DNA from: Octopus vulgaris
Taxonomy: Eukaryota
Assembly: GCA_951406725.2 (NCBI GenBank)
Contig: OX597819.1
Span: forward strand, 19,034,001-19,098,000
Direction: 5' to 3'
Length of the DNA: 64,000 nucleotides
A program made the translations under genes and the position numbers. Numbering within the stretch: the first letter of the stretch is position 1; each line of letters begins with the position of its first letter. The notes below the pieces were generated by a model. That model did no database searches and was not told the DNA's origin. It saw only the letters and a program-made list of their open reading frames with translations. Below are positions 58,898-64,000 of the stretch, one piece after another.

Positions 58898-58964
<67 letters not shown>

Positions 58965-59172
58965 GTGTATATTTCTCTGTATCTTTGTTTGTCCCGATGC
59001 TGGTGTGCTTACGTCCCCGTAACATTAGCGGTTCGGCCAAAGAGACTGATAAAATAAGTACTAGGCTTACAAAGAATAAGTCCTGGGGTCGATTTGTTCG
59101 ACTAAAAATAAAAAGGCGGTACTCCAGCATCGTCACAGTCAAATGACTGAAACAAGTAAAAGAGTAAAAGAG
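58735..59172 (+). mobile_element. CORE-like SINE family C, near full length
   Basis: TGTGTGGTAAGTAGCTTGC...GGTTCAGTCCCAC..CACCTTGGGCAAGT, internal (TA)(TG) tract, and (AAAAGAGT)n tail. Confidence 0.92.
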
Positions 59173-59209
59173 AATATATATATATAAATATATATATATA
59201 CATATATAC

Positions 59210-59256
<47 letters not shown>

Positions 59257-60280
59257 CGTGTAGACATACGTGCGTCTACATTTCTATTTTACAGATGTCA
59301 ACGTGCATCTGTTTGTTCGCTTGTCTGTCAGTGTTTCTGCCTTTGTTTTAAGCCTTTTTTGTTTAGTGTTAGTTATCTACTACTACTGTATTTGCTATTG
59401 ATTTCTACCCGCTCATGGGTTCGATTGAAGGTTAGAGATGTGTAAGAAAGAAGGTCAATACCATTATATTCTTTCCCATTAGAAAAATCGACAAATACTA
59501 AATATTTTATTTTTACCACTCATTAAACGATGGAACGGAAACACCCCTACCGCATCATTTATTAAAAACAAGAGTGATTAAAAAAAAAAAACCCACACAA
59601 AATAGATTCACACTTTACGGATATTGCATGACATTTTTATAACTTCATTGCTGTGTCGAAATTACGAAACTGCTTGCTGTCAGGCACATCTATACAATTA
59701 ATATTCGTACTTATCAATTAACAAGCAATCCTTGTGTCTATTACATCATTTATTCTCCTCCGACAAACTGTGTTAATTCGAACAATGAAAAGTAAATTCG
59801 GGACCAGAGGTATACATAATTGGATGTAGATAACGTATTTACTATTGCATAGTTGTTGCTTTATAGAATTCTATCATTTGTTTAACCTTTGGTTTTTCTA
59901 GCGACGAAACAAGAATGGATATTTATAAGAACTTCCACAAGGGTATTTTCGTGGTTTTTACAGTTCCTTCGTCGTTGTTCAGTATTCTTCTTGTGATTGT
60001 TGTGCATTGTCACAAGATGTATATTCTATGACAATATAGGGCCCCATTATAACGATGTTATTTACGTTGTAACATGATCATATGCGCATGCACACACACA
60101 CACGTTACTTTATATAGAAATATATATGTATACATACATATGCGCGCGTGTGTGGGTGTGAGGGTGTTTATATTTGTGCATGCACCAAATAACTTTTACG
60201 GAAAACATTCGCTACACTATATAAATATAGTTGACACACACACATACACACACACACATACACACACACACACACACACA

Positions 60281-60327
<47 letters not shown>

Positions 60328-60388
60328 ATATATATATACACCTATATAATGCATGTGTTTGTAGATAGGTATATAGATATATATATGT

Positions 60389-60430
<42 letters not shown>

Positions 60431-60468
60431 AATATATATATTTGCGTGTGCCTTTGTATGTATGTATG

Positions 60469-60517
<49 letters not shown>

Positions 60518-60799
60518 CTATATATATATAGATATAGATATAGATATATACGTAACGGTATGTAATTTCTATCCCAGTGAATGTGAAACGGCATTTAGAG
60601 TAGTGATTCCAATTTCTCGCATTCTTTTTCTACTAACATTCAATTCTTTCGTCAGTCATCGATTTCCATCTATATCATCTTATTTATATTGAAACATTTC
60701 TGTAGAAAATCTCTGATGAAACACACGGGGAGAGGCAGGAGGTGGGAGATTGAGTGAAAATGAGAGATAGAGAGAGAGAGAGTGAGTGAGAGAGTGAGT

Positions 60800-60857
<58 letters not shown>

Positions 60858-61452
60858 CGGGTAAAAGACTAAAAGAAAATTAATAAATGAAAACGTCAAT
60901 TTTTTTTTTAATGTTTCCTCAATAAGACGCCATCTTTGATGAACGCTTTTATATTAGATAACGATAAATACAAATTAGGAAATTGCCAACCCACATAAAA
61001 AAATATAAATTATCATAATATACAGTATGTTATGGTCATTTTTCACCGATGTTGTTATTCTTCAATATTATATTTTTACTTTTATTTTCGCGTTCATTGT
61101 TTTTACATAGTTTCCGTTGCGTAGTTTCTTATGTAAATGTGTTGTGCAATATATTCTCGATGTGTAAATAAATACGAAACATTGTTTAATGCAATGCAAT
61201 GTTTTATGTTTTCGAAAATATTTCGTACGTTTCTCAACGTATTACGCAATTTCCCTAATGCAACACATACCTTGTACAATTTTTAATGTGCGTTTCACAT
61301 AAACAACAATAAGGCTCTCCCTTATCAATGCCTATGTCACAATTAGGTACCAAGCCTCTCTTACTGAATTCGTTTACATAATGAGTTTATTTTTGGCATT
61401 TTTGGTTGAATCATGTCATCATTTGCTCACACAAAAGAGAGCACTGCAAATA

Positions 61453-61589
<137 letters not shown>

Positions 61590-61597
61590 GTGTATAT

Positions 61598-61914
61598 GTG
61601 GAGGCGCAATGGCCCAGTGGTTAGGGCAGCGGACTCGTGATCGTAGGGTCGCGGTTTCGATTCCCAAACCGGGCTTTGTGAGTGTTTATTGAGCGAAAAC
61701 ACCTAAAGCTCCACGAGGTTCCGGCAGGGGATGGTAGCGATCCCTGCTGTAATTTTCCACCACAACTTTCTCTCACTCTTGCTTCTGTTGGCCTGCTCGC
61801 TTAGCCAGCGGGGTGGCGTCATTTGAAGGCTAAAAAAAAACAATGTGAAGCGCATTGTGAGCGGCGATGTGTAGCAACATCTGATAGCCTGGTCAGTCAC
61901 GATGATCACGGTGA
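61598..61914 (+). mobile_element. SINE family A (tail type 3)
   Basis: Head/core nearly identical to 20318-20130, then an unrelated tail ending in CACG(A/G)TGAT repeats. Confidence 0.9.
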
Positions 61915-62287
61915 TATAAACGGCAGTTTGTCTGTGCGTTTTCTGTGTGTCTGTTTTCTCGTACCCTCACTCTGACCACGGCTTTCAACCGATTCTGATG
62001 AAACTTGACACACACATAACCCAATGTCATAATTCAAAACTAACGCAGCGAAAATTTTGAAAAGTTCCCCCAGTTCTGAAAAAAATCGATAAATTCGACA
62101 TGGGGTCGAGAATCAGAAACCCAAACCACAGACCGTCTAGGGGACGCAACTCCACCTTTTTTAACTCTCAAAAAAATTTACCATCATTTTTTTTCCATTT
62201 TTTTGCTATTTTTTGGCTATAACTCTCTAAAAATGCTTTATAGTTATTTCCCTTACAAACCTGAGCAACGCCGGGCGATACTGCTAG
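61915..62287 (+). mobile_element. Non-autonomous Helitron-like element
   Basis: TATAAA...TTTGTCTGTG start, AACCGATTCTGATGAAACTT motif, subterminal hairpin-like CCTGAGCAACGCCGGG (62260-62275), and CTAG|T terminus. Confidence 0.75.
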
Positions 62288-63185
62288 TGTATGTATATAT
62301 ATATATTCTGTGTTGTTTTTTTTTTTCCATTATTTGAACACTTGAGAAGGAGATTTGAATTCATTTTGTTATCAAGTGAACGCAAGAAAGCATAAATATT
62401 TTTTTTCTGGGTTTCCTTGCAAGTTGAGAAAACGTTCAGAAATTATTTTCGGACTTGATATTAGGCCTGAAATTAGGCAAATTCATAAGTCAACTATTGA
62501 CTATTTTGCAGTGTGAAATATGGTATTTTATTAATTCTACTTCCCCAAAACTGGCATACAACCACGTTCTACAAAATCTTCGTTTTTCAAACTTCACTCC
62601 AAAATCTCAGTTTACGGCAGGAATCCGTTATGAAATTTAACTTGAAGCGGGATTCAACGTACCGGAAATTGATTGTTCCCACACTAGATTTTTAACACAT
62701 TACTTAGAAATACTTAAAACCTATGTATCCATGGTTGTTTGTTGACACTCTGCGTCCGGTAACTCTCAGTGTTGATGCTTTCTCGTGGAACTTTACGTTA
62801 CTGTTGTTCAAACGACATTGTTCGATATTTATGTAATGTATAGAACAGGTTCTTATGTAGCCCATGCGCTGCTTTCAATGTGAATCAATATCTTCGTTGA
62901 CATGTATGTGTCTAAGGAACACGTTACTGTCACCCGCTTCGCTAGAGCGAGTGTCAACCATAAATGATTTTCGTGAAAACGAAGCCATTAAAACTTATAT
63001 AAGTTAATCTGAAATATAATCTGTGGAGAGAAAATCGTAAATGAAAGAAAAACATAAAATGGAGGTTTAATTGACAATTTAACACGTTTTAACATGTGAC
63101 TCAACGTTGACTTCGAAGGTACATACTCGATAAAATATCCGTACCACAGGAACCAACAGTAATACCCAAATTATAAATCAATATA

Positions 63186-63605
63186 CTCTTTACTCTTTTA
63201 CTTGTTTCAGTCATTTGACTGCGGCCATACTGGAGCACCGCCTTTAATCGAGCAACTCGACCGCGGGACTTATTCTTTTGTAAGCCTAGTACTTATTCTA
63301 TCGGTCTCTTTTGCCGAACCGCTAAGTAACGTGGACGTAAACACACCAGCATCGGTTGTCAAGCAATTCTAGGGGGACACACACAGACACACAAACATAC
63401 ACGCACACACACATATATATATATATATATATACATATATACGACGGGCTTCTTTCAGTTTCCGTCTACCAAATCCACTCACAAGGCATTGGTCGGCCCG
63501 GGGCTATAGCAGAAGACACTTGCCCAAGGTGCCACGCGGTGGGACTGAACCCGGAACCATGTGGTTGGTAAGCAAGCTACTTACTACACAGCCACTCCTG
63601 CGCCT
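63186..63605 (-). mobile_element. CORE-like SINE family C, full length
   Basis: Minus strand starts AGGCGCAGGAGTGGCTGTGTAGTAAGTAGC; CCTTGGGCAAGT core; internal microsatellite; repeat tail. Confidence 0.93.
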
Positions 63606-63987
63606 ATTTTTTTCTTCATATAATGAGCAATAATATATATATATATATAGTTAAAAAAATTTAAATGCATAATTCATACCAAAATGAGACGTGTGGTACT
63701 AAAGAAAATAAAGGGCAGTATAGGTTCGACGGAAAACGTGTCAAGGCATGATAAATCTCATCGAGCAGATGTTTCAATCGGGAACAACCTGTATTTTGTT
63801 TATAATTACACTTTCCTATTTCCTCCAGCGTCATTTAATATGTGTGGTAATTACCTTGCATGTATATACCCATGATATTCCTAATACCATCATCTTATCT
63901 AGTGAAACTCATTTCATATTGGTTCATCGGTGCTCGCCAAATGGAAATACATTCAGAGTGATAAAAATCTAAAATGATTTTGTTATA

Positions 63988-64000
63988 GGCGCAGGAGTGG
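63988..64000 (+). mobile_element. Start of another family C SINE (cut by window edge)
   Basis: GGCGCAGGAGTGG is identical to the family C 5' end. Confidence 0.6.

Overview
AT-rich, non-coding animal genomic DNA, almost certainly coleoid cephalopod (Octopus-like), judging from the dense (TA)n/(CA)n/(TAA)n/(GATA)n microsatellites and three abundant tRNA-derived SINE families. No intact host protein-coding gene is recognisable, and nearly all listed ORFs are microsatellite artefacts. The recognisable coding remnants are all transposon-derived: three R4/Dong-type (restriction-like endonuclease) LINE 3' fragments in (TAA)n tracts, RTE-type LINE remnants (two with C-terminal C2H2 fingers), and DD41D and DD37D Tc1/mariner relics. 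A non-autonomous Helitron is also present. The most interesting signal is a set of small non-coding elements in microsatellites that carry hammerhead-ribozyme-like cores and/or asymmetric inverted repeats, i.e. Penelope-like/retrozyme architecture. One of them appears to combine a Pol III tRNA head, an internal (TAA)n tract and a hammerhead-bearing tail; both copies of that head are followed by a Dong LINE fragment in the TAA tract. All alignments and folds were done by eye, so boundaries are approximate unless a TSD is quoted.
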